From Octopus sinensis (lineage: Eukaryota): 58,874 nucleotides of DNA. The DNA lies in contig NW_021834154.1 of assembly GCF_006345805.1 (NCBI RefSeq), positions 1 to 58,874 of the forward strand, given 5' to 3'. The notes under the pieces were generated by a model. That model did not search any database. It was not told where the DNA came from and worked only from the letters and a program-made list of their open reading frames with translations. Every line of letters starts with the position of its first letter. The first letter of the stretch is position 1. Both the position numbers and the translations under genes were made by a program. Shown here piece after piece: positions 37,061 through 49,544 of the stretch.

Positions 37061-38514
37061 ATATATATAATTATAACGATAGAGAATATGGAAGCTGGTA
37101 CATGCTCAAAATTGATTTCTTTTTATTTTACAATTTCATACACCATATTTTAATGATTTTTACGACCTACATATATTTCCACTGGCCGTTACATCGTTAC
37201 TGTTGATGTCATTAGGTAGCCGAATACAGAGAAAGGGCATTAAACGGCATACTATAAGGTGTATACACAAATTTTAAATTATTACTTATACATACATACA
37301 TGTATGTATGCATGTATGTATTACGTATGTATGTTTCTATGCATGTGTGTATGTATGTATGTATGTATGTATGTATGTATGTATGTATGTATGTATGTAT
37401 GTATGTATGTATGTAGGAAAAACATGATAAAAACAGGGTGCAGTTTATATCATTTGTTCCCTACATGCGTTTTGCCAATATGGTTATTTTCATTCTCTGT
37501 AATGGGTGTTCATAGTGTAATTCAACGTTGAACCTCAGAGGTTCTTCAGAAGAACACTGTATTGCATTATGCTTATAAATATTTTGCTTGAAGTTGGCCA
37601 GATGGTAAGACACGCGTAAGAATTATTGTGCGCCCGCCTGTGTGTGTCTGTGTGTGTGTGTGTGTGTGCGTGTTTAACAAAAACATACAAGTAAAATTAC
37701 GTTAGACGTGCAGCTCCCTCCCAATCCATAACATGAAGAATAAACATTTAACCTAGTATTATGAAACGAAACAGTTCAAAGCAAATGTATGTTAATGTAC
37801 TTTTTGCATTTTACTATTATAAACACAAATATTTCAGAGAAATTGTGTTGCTATGTACATATGTTATGTTTAATAGCTTTCGTTCTTCTGTTTTTGTTTT
37901 TAATTTCTTCGCCAATTCTCGAGTCTAACCAATTATTTAACATATTGACAGCGTTATGCAACGTTTTTAATGTCAAAATATTTTACGGAAAAATATCAAA
38001 GTTTGAAACATAAAAGCTTAAGATTAACAACAAATGTAGACTTCCTCGTTTCAGCAGTTTCCAAGATACCAGAACAGACATGTTAGCAATAAAGTAAATA
38101 TAGTCGTGATGTTGGCATCTACTGCTTTGAGAGATTGATTTGTTGGCGAAAGGAGAGATTACAGTAAAATCGTTCTTGACTCGAATCCATGAAACTAGAA
38201 GGGGAAATTCAGCAGAAAATAATACATAGGAAAATAAATGAGAATTTGTGTTGGTAATAACTTACATTAAATCTCGTATTGTGTTTATATTCAAAACGAT
38301 AACACATAAAGATACTGTAATTAAAACAATTATGTGTACATGTATATATATAATTGATTCTCCTGTCGTTAGACGACGTATGAGGGTTCCCCAGTTTCTT
38401 GCCGAACAAGCACACAGATGATTTGTTTATAGTGATCAAATGCTTGTGTTCAAAGAAGCGCATTCCCTACATCAAATCGATAGTACCTGTACAAGTGAAC
38501 CGTGTGCTACATGT

Positions 38515-38620
38515 CAGACGACGAAATGAAGTGCTATGCTCAAGAACACAAAGCAACGCCCGGTCTGGGAATTGAAACCACGATCTCGCAATCGTCAGTG
38601 CAACACCCTAACCACTAAGA
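38515..38620 (-). mobile_element. SINE family C, head fragment
   Basis: GCTCAAGAACACAA..GCCCGGTC..ATTGAAACCACGATCT..CACCCTAACCACTAAG. Confidence 0.7.
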
Positions 38621-38625
38621 CATGC

Positions 38626-38681
<56 letters not shown>

Positions 38682-38700
38682 ATATATATCTATATATATA

Positions 38701-39000
38701 TATTCTTTTATTCTTTTACTTGTTTCAGTAATTTGATAGCGGCCATGATGGAGCACCGTCATTAGTTGAGTAAATCAACCCCAGGACTTATTCTTTGTAA
38801 GCCTAGTACTTATTCTATCGGTCTCTTTTACCGAACCGCTAGGCTAAGGGGCATAAACACCCCAACATCGGTTTCAAGCGATATTGTGGGGAAACACACA
38901 CACACACACACATATACAACGGGCTTCTTTCAGTTTCCGTCTACCAAACCATCTCACAACAGTCTTTGATTGTCCCAAGACTACAGTAGAAGATACTTCC
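38701..39000 (-). mobile_element. SINE family A, partial
   Basis: TTCTTTTACTTGTTTCAG..GGCCATGATGGAGCACCG..TATTCTATCGGTCTC..TTCAGTTTCCGTCTACC. Confidence 0.88.
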
Positions 39001-39071
39001 CATATATATATATATATATATATATAATATAATATATAATATATATATATTATATATATATATATATATAC

Positions 39072-39105
<34 letters not shown>

Positions 39106-39159
39106 TATATATATACATATATATATATATGTATGTATATAATATATATATATATTTAC

Positions 39160-39380
39160 AAGTGGGTGCAGAGAGGTTCCTGCCCTTAAGGGCATCGTGA
39201 AAGGCCTGTTTGGAAGCTTAATCTTCCGAGTTCTCCTACAAGGCTTAGAAAAATTGAAGGACTGCTGCAATAACTGTGTGAATCTGAGAGGAGAATATGT
39301 TGAATAGAATCATATTTAATTGATCTTCCTGTATTTTCGCTTACCGCCCAAAACCAGGAACTTTTCAGCACCTCATCGTA
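39160..39380 (+). mobile_element. Mariner 3' end remnant
   Basis: Ends C.NLRGEYVE* followed by a TIR-like CCAGGAACTTTTCAGCACCTCATCGTA. Confidence 0.65.
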
Positions 39381-39862
39381 TACCCCTATGTATGTATGTA
39401 TGTATGTATGTATGTATGTATGTATGTATGTATGTATGTATGTATGTATTGTACATGCTGAGAGAATTCATGAATTTGGTAACAAAATTTTCAATTTGTT
39501 ACGTAACATGAGCATAAGATTCGAGATCACGTGGGCAGATATCAGCTATATCTCTCAAGGTTGAAAATTATGAGCACAAAGTCATACGTGTCACAAAGAT
39601 GATATAGAAATTTATGCAGTTCAAAAGATGAAATTATCGGCAGTGAATTAGTATTAGAAGAAGATTAAAAGATAATAAAATTTACGGTCAAAATAATTTA
39701 TTATAAATCTAACGAAAGATTTATCAGATTATATTAGTGCTTTGTTGTTAGCCGTACATCCACACGGAACCAAATTAGAGAGGGACTGACACGGTAGGAA
39801 ACAAATAGATTTGTCAGTGACATAGAACAGTAATTGTATATGTATGTTACATGCATGTATGT

Positions 39863-40232
39863 ATTCTTTTATTCTTTTATTTGTTTCAGTCATTTGACTG
39901 CGGCCATGCTGGAGCACCGCCTTTAGTCGAACAAAGCGACCCCCAGAACTTATTTTTGTGAGCCTAGTACTTATTCTATCGGTCCACTTATTTTGCCTAA
40001 CATCTAAGTGACGGGGATGTAAGCACACCAACATCGGGTGTGAAGCGATAGCGGGGAGGAATAAACATATACGGATATATATATACGACGGACTTCCTTC
40101 AGTTTCCGTCTACCTAATCCACTCACAAGGCTTTGATCGGCTCGAGGCTCTACTAGAAGACACTTGCCCACGGTGCCACGCAATGGGACTGAACCTGGAA
40201 TCATGTAGTTGGTAAGCAAGCTATTTGCCACT
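39863..40232 (-). mobile_element. SINE family A, full-length
   Basis: Continuous reverse-complement match to 54518-54932. Confidence 0.9.
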
Positions 40233-40239
40233 CAATTAC

Positions 40240-40284
<45 letters not shown>

Positions 40285-40869
40285 ATATATATATATGGGG
40301 AGTCGGGAAAGGTATCCAAATCACTTCCCATCTCCTCCTCTTAGCTTCTGGCTTTTAGCATCTTTTTTGCTCCATAACCGACTCGTTTTTATCTTTGGCA
40401 AGCAACCGTCTTCCCCTTTTTCTTACCATCGTAATGCCTGTGAACATTCTCTCCAAAACCAACTAGGTAGAGAATCTTCTACAGTCATCTCGGCTCAGAA
40501 TAGCCATGTCTACCAGCTTTGACCCCTGCAATCTTACAAAACGTTTTGGTATTTTGCACTTTTCGTTCAAAGCATTGGTTGCACTTTTTTTCCTACGGGA
40601 CTATAAGCTCAATCAGGATAATCTTTACCCCATCTGCGTTCAGGCTTATCTGAACAACATGGGAGAACAGTAGGTTTTCACAGTAGTCTACCTTTATATG
40701 CCACGATTTTTCCTTTTGCAGAAGATTATTTTCCTCCTCTCTATGTTTGCTTTTTCACTCCTTCACGAAGTTGATTAATAGTGTCGGTTTTCCTTGTATT
40801 CCCCGTCTCTTCTCCATAGTGTTAGTAACTATTTAGGAACATCTTGTAATGGCACCATATATATATATC

Positions 40870-41010
40870 GCTTGGTTGAGAGCTGTTTGACAACGAGAGA
40901 GGATGTGTGCCATGATGCCCCTTTCTCTACAAAGCCTGTACAGCTGATTCGCCTTCATGGTCCTGACCCACTTCTGCAGATTTGCTGGTATCGGAAGTGG
41001 GGGTGACAGG
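40870..41010 (-). mobile_element. Fragment of a restriction-like-endonuclease non-LTR element (HERO/R2-type CCHC region)
   Basis: Minus strand LPIPANLQKW...LYRLCRERGIMAHILSRCQTALNQ matches the LP.P.NL..W...C.LC.ERG..AHIL..C..AL.QGRY motif of that group; truncated at a (TA)n tract. Confidence 0.65.
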
Positions 41011-41811
41011 CTACTCGTGGCAGGAAGGAAATGCAGAAAAGTTTCAGTTTCCATAGACCTGTCAATGGTAGAAGATACTTGATAAATGAACCACGTGATT
41101 AGAAAGAAGATTATTTAACTATACGCCTATGCCTACAACCTACTTTCCTTTCTTAGGAAAACTGCAAAGATTTAGGAAAGAATCAGAAACATTTCCTGCC
41201 TTTAAGGAAAAAGGGAGAATTAATTGAAGATTCTGTTAAGCATATAAACATCTTCAGAAAGAGGGTATTAAAATTCGATTACTGTTTTAGTGCCCAAATA
41301 GATGAAAATGCAAATGGGCATTACAGATAAGGACTTGTTACTAGTTCTGTGTAGAGCTTTATAATATGTATAGACAAGTTGTAGGTTAGGTTAAGTGACG
41401 ACTATTGTGATTGGTTGACGTTAAGGACCGTTATATTTCGATTGAATGACATTTAATAGATAACCGTTGTTGTTGTTCTGCATCTGTGTGTGTTTATGCT
41501 GAGAGACATGGAGGAAATAGGATTTATTTATTCATTTTTTATGCCGTTATTTCAGTAGATTGTCAAAATTGATATTTATTAACCGAACAATTTTCGTCCC
41601 ATTCTCTAAGTATATACACATATACAGAAATACACATGTACATAAAAACACAATCACACACACACACACATACACACACATACATATTTATATATATGTA
41701 TATACAAAAAAAATCTCTAAATGTATTTATATATCTTTACACATACACACATATTTATATATATATATATATATTATACATACATAGTTATAGTTTTTAA
41801 TATTGGAATTG

Positions 41812-41860
<49 letters not shown>

Positions 41861-41985
41861 ATAATATATATATATATTATATATATTATGCATAAATAAT
41901 TTTCTTTGCGTCCGTTCTTTTCCGCGCTAAAATAGACTGCACTACTACATACATACATACATACATACATACATACATACATACA

Positions 41986-42017
<32 letters not shown>

Positions 42018-42899
42018 AATGTGTGCATGCATACATTCGCACAAATATACATACGTAGCTTTTATATATATATAATATATATATACACGTGTATGCACGT
42101 ATGTATTTATGTATGTATATTTGAAAAATCAAATAGCAATGGCTTTTCTGATAATTTTCCCACTCTAATAATTAGATGTTTATAAATTTACCTTTTGTAA
42201 AATTGAAGTGGAAGTGTTACCAGGAAACCCATTTCTAATTATTTTTTCAAGTATATACTACTGTACCAAGAGTTTTCCTTTTTTTCATTCTAGTATGCAT
42301 ATATATATATATATATATATATAATATACCTATACACACATACATAAATAAATACATACATACATACATATGTATGTCTGTATGTATGGGTTCCCTTTTT
42401 GTATGCGTGTGTATACGTGTGTCCGTAAATGATCTGGAAAAGCAGTTACTTATAAAATGTAGATGTGTTTGGATGCCTGGAGTGAGTATACACTTAGTCA
42501 CATGATTCGTGTTTGCAGTAAAACTAAAAAAGGAAATACTTTGCTCCATAAATATTTAGATTGTCTTTCATTAAAAGCCTTTTGCTTTAGTTTCTGCAAC
42601 CGCTTGCAGTCGATGACGATTCGAAGTGAATTGAAGTATCTTCCTTGTAGTTTGTCAAGGCGATATTGGGAATCGCCTTGGCAATGAATATATTCAAGAT
42701 GGATAATATCTGATAATATCCATGACGGTTCAGATATATATCTTGTTTTGTTTCGTTTGAGTTGCCCAGATGAAATACATACGAGTGCTACATTTGTGTT
42801 TGTCTGCATTCTTGTGCTAAGATTATTGTAATGTTATTGTACGTAATTCTTTGTACTTTTCTCATCTACCACATCTACCTATAATAATGATGCGCCCTT

Positions 42900-43140
42900 T
42901 TGAAGCCTAGCCAGGCTCATGGGCCCGGTTACCCAGTTTCAGTGGCGTATGCGTCCCCCCGCCCCCCGCTGGACGGGACGCCGGTTCATCGCAATGTTAC
43001 TCATTTTCCCCAGCTGAGTGGACTGGAGCAACGCGTAATGAAGTGTTCTGCTCAAGAACACAATACGTCGCCCGGTCCAGCAATCGAAACCACAATCTTA
43101 CGATCATGTGTCCAACATCCTAACCACTAAGCTACGCGTC
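42900..43140 (-). mobile_element. SINE family C (tRNA head plus V-domain-like body)
   Basis: Minus strand GCGTAGCTTAGTGGTTAGG..GTTTCGATT..GTGTTCTTGAGCA..ACACTT..GCTCCAGTCCACTCAGCTG..GCGATG.ACCGGCGTCCCGTCCAG. Confidence 0.8.
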
Positions 43141-43355
43141 TCCACGCTGTTGTTTACCTTCGAGTCAGCTCTGATCGGGAGTTTTATGACCAAAGGCAAT
43201 CAAACCATTACCATTCCGTCATATTTTCAGTTTTAGTATACAACGGACCACATAATGCATTCTATTTTAGATAATGGTATGTAATTTAAGAAAATTACGG
43301 AGATGTACCTGCATAGCAAGTGACCTGATCTGAGATCGTGTGCTGGAACGAAAAC

Positions 43356-43563
43356 AATTGCAGCGTGAAAGGTGTTTATAAGCTATTTAAGAAACACACA
43401 AAAACCGTTAGATTCACTTCAACATTTAAATTAAATTTGTCAAAATATTTTCGTGGCTTTGAGACCGCAACTTGTTCACTGACAAAACTTTAAATGTTGA
43501 AGTGAATCTAACGGTTTTTGTGTATTTCTTAAATGGCTTATAAACACCTTCCACGCTGCAATT
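43356..43563. repeat. 208 bp foldback (75 bp arms, 3 mismatches, ~58 bp spacer)
   Basis: AATTGCAGCGTG...CAACATTTAAA (43356-43430) and its reverse complement (43489-43563). Confidence 0.9.
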
Positions 43564-44096
43564 AATTTGAGAAAAAATTTTACTGCTATTTCTAACATAT
43601 CGGCCTAACATAGACTTCTGATTGGTTCGATAGGCATTAGCAAATATGTTCAGTTGAGCGTATGGATAACTGTCCAAATTATATAATTCTAGTTGTCTTG
43701 TTATTTTACACACCCCTGGGGTTTCCTTTTTTTTTTTCATCTGAGGGAAAATTCATTAGTAAATATATGTTGATCCTCAAGGAAGTGTTTAGCATTTTCA
43801 TTATAGGTGCATAGCCGGATATAGCAACAAAAACGCTTTGTTGATATTAATGATAGTTGGGATGGTGAGCGAAGGTCTTTCTAACTGTTGTTGTTAAAGC
43901 TGTTATTACTTCCGGATGAAACTTTCAAGGATATTTGGCCTTGTGACTGGCACCAACTGATTAGATTTTGGGATCGATCCAGTCTCGGACAAGGATTATT
44001 TTTCCGGGGTTTTTTTTTCTTACATAATTTTTGAGAGCGGTCCGGGTTCACTTTTAGTATTCTCGTTTGTGAGAACAGTCGAGTTTATTTCAGATA

Positions 44097-44608
44097 CAGT
44101 AAATATTCGAGTATAATCCGCATTTTTTCCCCAAAATTTAAAGGTCAAAATCCCTAATGCGTACTATATACGAGGCTAAAAATGAAAATTATTTTCTAAG
44201 CAATGTCCGAATCTCTATTTGCTATCCGGCGATGTTTATGCAGACGCATTTTGTGATGTCGGGCGCAAAAATACCTTAAGATAAGCCAGAAAGCAATGAA
44301 GTCATAAAAGAATCATCCATAACATGCAATAAGGAACATTTATTAAACGTTATTACTGTTATTTCTTTATTTTCTGCAAGCAAAATGCACAAAAAGGCTA
44401 CACGTTTGCATTATGTTATATATACAATAATAATAAAGGACGTTACCGTATACATTTTTACAAACCAAGGATGTTATTTAGACCTCCTTGACTCAAGTTA
44501 GAGAACGGGTGCGTATTATACACAAGGTTTTGGTTTTTCAGAGGTACAGCCCCCTAAAAATCCCCTGCATATTATACTCAAGGGCGGACTATACTCGAGG
44601 ATTTGCGG
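44097..44608. mobile_element. Tc1/pogo-type MITE with TA target sites
   Basis: TA-CAGTAAATATTCGAGTATAATCCGC at the left end versus the reverse complement TA-CCGCAAATCCTCGAGTATAGTCCGC at the right end. Confidence 0.75.
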
Positions 44609-45375
44609 TATTCTCATCATCTCTGACTAATCATCTCTGGCTAATCATTGAGAGGACGTTGGTATTTCCTTGGTAGAGGTTTGCGCTCTCTGAGTGCTCT
44701 TGTTTATAATTTGTATGGCTTTTCATTGATTCTTTGTGTATTGTTTGTACACAAGCGTTATTGTTTCTTTGTGTAGTATTAGTAAACAAGTGCTATTGTT
44801 TCTTTGTGCCGTCTGGCTGCCTATTAGCTCTTTCTCTTTCTCTCTCACTCTCTTCCCCCTCTTCTCCCTCCCTCTCTTCCTCTCTCCCCCTCTTCCCTCT
44901 CTTACTCCTGCTGTGAATGTTGCATAATTGTTATACGCAGTTCTTTGTAAACAGGGATCTATGTATGTGGTAAGTGACGTTAAGCGTAGCGCTCTAGATC
45001 TTCTGAATTTATGCTGCAAATTCGAAACTAAAATATGTGCTGTACTGAACCTCTCTCACCTATAATTTTTTTCACTGTTTACTTTTTTATTGGACTACGG
45101 CCGGGCTGAGATACCGCATTGTAGTGATTTATGATGGCTAACTTAATTTATTTGTCTCAAGTTATATCGTGTTGACGATTCCAAACGAGTACAAAACAGC
45201 ACTATACATGGTTACCAACGACAAGAAAATTTTAAAACGTCATAAGTAGAAAAAAATTAGACGTATCTGCTCTGTATAACTTCTTTACCCTTGATGTTAA
45301 TTCCTCAAGTTAAATTAATCTAGAACAGACTGCCTTCCCTATAATAGTTACTCACCAGGAGCACACCACGTCACA

Positions 45376-45790
45376 TACTCTTTACTCTTTTACTTGTTTC
45401 AGTCATTTGACTGTGGCCATGCTGGAGCACCGCCTTTAGTCGAGTAACTCGACGCCAAGACTTATTCTTTGTAAGCCTAGTACTTATTCTATCAGTCCCT
45501 TTTGCCGAACCGCTAAGTTACGGGGATGTAAATGCACCAGCATCGGTTGTCAAGCGATGTTGGGGGGACAAACACAGACACACAAACATATACACATACA
45601 TACATAAATACATATATATACATATATACGATGGCTTATTTCAGTTTCCATCTACCAATTCCACTCACAAGGTTTTGGTCGGCCCGAGGCTATAGTAGAA
45701 GACACTTGCCCAAGGTGCCACGCAGTGGGACTGAACCCGGAACCATGTGGTTGGTAAGCAAGCTACTTACAACACAGCCACTCCTGCGCC
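45376..45790 (-). mobile_element. SINE family A, full-length
   Basis: Head with A/B boxes, CORE-like CCTTGGGCAAGT, internal TA/CA microsatellite, and (AAAGAGT)n tail. Confidence 0.93.
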
Positions 45791-46365
45791 TAATAAATTT
45801 ATTAAGTGGAATTTTTGCCCTATATGGACTCGTGGCCCATTTATACTGCGATTTTATTATACAAAAGTGCTTTATTACACAGAAGCAAAAGTGGGAACTC
45901 AGGGTCATAAACAGAGTAGTGTTTCTATAGCAAAAGTAAATTTATCTCATTCTTTTCAACCAAGGAAATTACTCCCTACAATTAACTCCTGAAATTTGAC
46001 TCGGCGAGAGTATACTTACCTACGTAGACTGAATATACTCTGTTACTTTCGTAATCCTCTATTTAAATCTATCAAACTTTTTTTAAACGATAATTTTTCC
46101 ATTGGACAATAAAAATGTATGAAAGACCAGGAGATCGAGAGGCAAAGCAGGGGAAGGAGAAATTTGGAGAGATATGGGCATATATAAACATATAGGCCAA
46201 AGATATATTCAAACACACAATTGCTCTCACACACATAGACAAAAATATACAACATCCAATTAAAACATAACCTCTGATAATAAGCATTCACACTGATTTA
46301 TAGCGAACACAATTCTCAACTGACATACATACACATTTCGAGACGAATCTATCTTCGTATTTATA

Positions 46366-46427
<62 letters not shown>

Positions 46428-46818
46428 TATATATATAATATATATATTGATAAAACGGTAAGATAACAAAAGAAAGAAAGAGACCTCAATATTATGTAGA
46501 GGAAATTTATCTATACAATATGTTACATTACTCGGTAGTCAAGATAAAACTCTGAGTTTCAGATGCCGAAGTGGAAATCCACAACACCATCTCTTCGGTT
46601 ATCTGGCTATTTGAAAACGTTATGAAAAAATACCGTTAAAAATGAAGGGAAATTACTCTGTTATAACTCTGCTTTGCCTGCGTACTTATACATCGCTCGC
46701 ATTTTTCGTCATAAAAATTATATAAAAATACATAAAAATATATAAAAATATATAAAAATATATAAAAATATATAAAAATATATAAATTCTTCTTGGGACA
46801 TAACACAGAAAGCATGTT

Positions 46819-47650
46819 CTATCCGTTTTCTTTAGGGGACCAAAAACGTAACAGAAATTTAGTCACATGTGGGCATGATCCGAAAAGCTCTGTCCTTGTA
46901 TTTAGACATGTGGTAGGGTCTAAGCTGCTTTTCCAGATAAGCCATCTCTCCATGTCGCATAAACCGCACCTTCCGCTGCCGTTAGTATAGGGCTTACATC
47001 TGGCCAAAATCTTCCATTGTATGTTATAATCGACACCTTTATCTCTTAAAGACCAAATATGATTGGATAATTGTGTCGCTTTTCTTTTGTTCCAGTGCCT
47101 AAAGCTCAAAGTGTGGTTATTGAACCTGGCCTTGAAATTACCCTCTGTAAGGCCCACGTATTTCTTCGTCGAAACGGTGTCTTTAGTGGTTATAGAGTTT
47201 ACGGTAGCTTCATATATGATGGTCTTGGACATGCAAGCTCCATTTAGCGGGCACAATTCTTTATTCCTGCATGAACAGCTGTTTTCTTCTTGTGTTTTTT
47301 GTATGTTATGATTGATTATGTTTTTAAATTGGTAGTTGAACTAAAACTAATTTTTAAATTGTGTCTATTGAAGAGTTTCCTATAAGCATGGTTAACTGGA
47401 AAATGTCTATCTATCAGTGCTAGGAAATATTTGCCTATATTGAAGGCCACCTCGGGTGAGTAAGGGGGCGTAAACCAGATGACCTTCCTATTTCTATTAT
47501 TCCTTTTCCTTACTGTTGGGCTAGTGATAGGTGTATATTTTATTTTTTCGCTAAAACCACTATCTTTTAAAGCTTTATTATAAACTGGGGCAACGCTATT
47601 GAAGATGTCCTCATTAGATGAGAGGCTAGAAATCCTCTTACTAATATTTT
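46819..47650 (-). pseudogene. Inverted copy of the PLE GIY-YIG region
   Basis: ORF 46819-47256 is identical in protein to the C-terminal part of ORF 47956-48588. Confidence 0.9.
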
Positions 47651-47669
47651 TAATTAAATAATAATTATT

Positions 47670-48588
47670 TATAAGCCTTATAGGAAGCCCAATGATAGAC
47701 TAAGTTATATTAATGTAGGTTCATGCCATCCCCCTATAGTATTCAAAAATTTAGTTAAAAATATTAGTAAGAGGATTTCTAGCCTCTCATCTAATGAGGA
47801 CATCTTCAATAGCGTTGCCCAGTTTATAATAAAGCTTTAAAAGATAGTGGTTTAGCGAAAAAATAAAATATACACCTATCACTAGCCCAACAGTAAGGAA
47901 AAGGAATAATAGAAATAGGAAGGTCATCTGGTTTACGCCCCCTTACTCACCCGAGGTGGCCTTCAATATAGGCAAATATTTCCTAGCACTGATAGATAGA
48001 CATTTTCCAGTTAACCATGCTTATAGGAAACTCTTCAATAGACACAATTTAAAAATTAGTTTTAGTTCAACTACCAATTTTAAAAACATAATCAATCATA
48101 ACATACAAAAAACACAAGAAGAAAACAGCTGTTCATGCAGGAATAAAGAATTGTGCCCGCTAAATGGAGCTTGCATGTCCAAGACCATCATATATGAAGC
48201 TACCGTAAACTCTATAACCACTAAAGACACCGTTTCGACGAAGAAATACGTGGGCCTTACAGAGGGTAATTTCAAGGCCAGGTTCAATAACCACACTTTG
48301 AGCTTTAGGCACTGGAACAAAAGAAAAGCGACACAATTATCCAATCATATTTGGTCTTTAAGAGATAAAGGTGTCGATTATAACATACAATGGAAGATTT
48401 TGGCCAGATGTAAGCCCTATACTAACGGCAGCGGAAGGTGCGGTTTATGCGACATGGAGAGATGGCTTATCTGGAAAAGCAGCTTAGACCCTACCACATG
48501 TCTAAATACAAGGACAGAGCTTTTCGGATCATGCCCACATGTGACTAAATTTCTGTTACGTTTTTGGTCCCCTAAAGAAAACGGATAG
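47670..48588 (+). pseudogene. PLE ORF C-terminus (RT thumb/linker plus GIY-YIG endonuclease), one apparent frameshift near 47850
   Basis: YRKPN..HPP..SSNE..ALKDSG, then IGKYFLALIDRHFP, CSCRNKELCPLNGAC, IIYEA, YVGLTEGNFKARFNNH, CGLC, C.H near the end. Confidence 0.9.
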
Positions 48589-48782
48589 AACATGCTTTCT
48601 GTGTTATGTCCCAAGAAAAATTTATATATTTTTATATATTTTTATATATTTTTATGTATTTTTATATAATTTTTATGACGAAAAATGCGAGCGATGTATA
48701 AGTACGCAGGCAAAGCAGAGTTATAACAGAGTAATTTCCCTTCATTTTTAACGGTATTTTTTCATAACGTTTTCAAATAGCC

Positions 48783-48845
48783 AGATAACCGAAGAGATGG
48801 TGTTGTGGATTTCCACTTCGGCATCTGAAACTCAGAGTTTTATCT
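48783..48845 (+). ncRNA. Hammerhead-like motif in PLE 3' UTR (mirror at 46542-46604, minus strand)
   Basis: AGATAA-CCGAAGA-GATG(..GTGGA-TT-TCCAC..)CATC-T-GAAAC-TCAGA-GTT-TTATCT. Perfect 6 bp stem I; C at position 4 and an extra U before G12. Confidence 0.6.
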
Positions 48846-48867
48846 TGACTACCGAGTAATGTAACAT

Positions 48868-48908
<41 letters not shown>

Positions 48909-48961
48909 TATAAACAGGAGGTTGTAATAGCTCACCAAAAATGGAGAAGTGTTATTGTCAA

Positions 48962-49362
48962 TAAATGTGACTAGGGTGTTAAGAAACGCCAACATTGCTA
49001 GAAATAAGAGCTAAAATGCTCTAATGCTGTAGTTAACACACATGAATGAAAACATATACACTAACAGGGACATGAATCGTCCTTTGTGGTGAAATATTGC
49101 AGCCTGCTGTTTATATGAATTTTATGTATATACATTAGCGAATCGCTAAATCATCTATTAACTGGATGGCGAAAATGTCTATACTAATAGAGAAGCCAGC
49201 CCGAAAAGAGACGAGATCAAGCGGGTTTAACTGATGAAGTAACGGGAATTGCCGAAACTGACGTGTATATGTTTTAATTCACGTGCGTTAACTACAGCAT
49301 TAGAACAGTTTGGCTCTTATTTCTAGCAATGTAGGTGTTTCCTAAAGCCCTAGTCACATTTA
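48962..49362. repeat. Diverged 100 bp inverted repeat pair with a decayed HHR inside
   Basis: 48962-49061 versus the reverse complement of 49263-49362 gives 11 mismatches. CTGATGA-AGTAA..TTGCC-GAAAC at ~49231-49258. Confidence 0.85.
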
Positions 49363-49544
49363 GTGATAATTCAAGTTGATATATATATATTTTTCACTTG
49401 TTTATTACTTTGGTTTTGTATTGAGTTTGATCTGAGAACATAGACTTTTTGTGGAGAATGGCGATTTGACGTCTATATCTAGCATGTTGACTGTCCACTT
49501 TTCGTGTTCAGTCCTTAATTGGTATATATATATATATATATATA

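Larger units (their letters stand above)
46445..48875. mobile_element. 5'-truncated Penelope-like element with ~1.13 kb inverted duplication (head-to-head palindrome)
   Basis: Arms 46512-47653 and 47755-48875 are near-identical. The ~100 bp spacer continues the + reading frame (YKPYRKPNDRLSYINVGSCHPPIVFKN). (TA)n on both flanks. Confidence 0.95.

Noticed and set aside
37515-37555. Minus-strand CTGAAGA-ACCT(CTG)AGGT-TCAACGTT as a hammerhead
   Set aside because: GAAA is replaced by TCAA and stem I is weak; at best a dead copy, so not counted.
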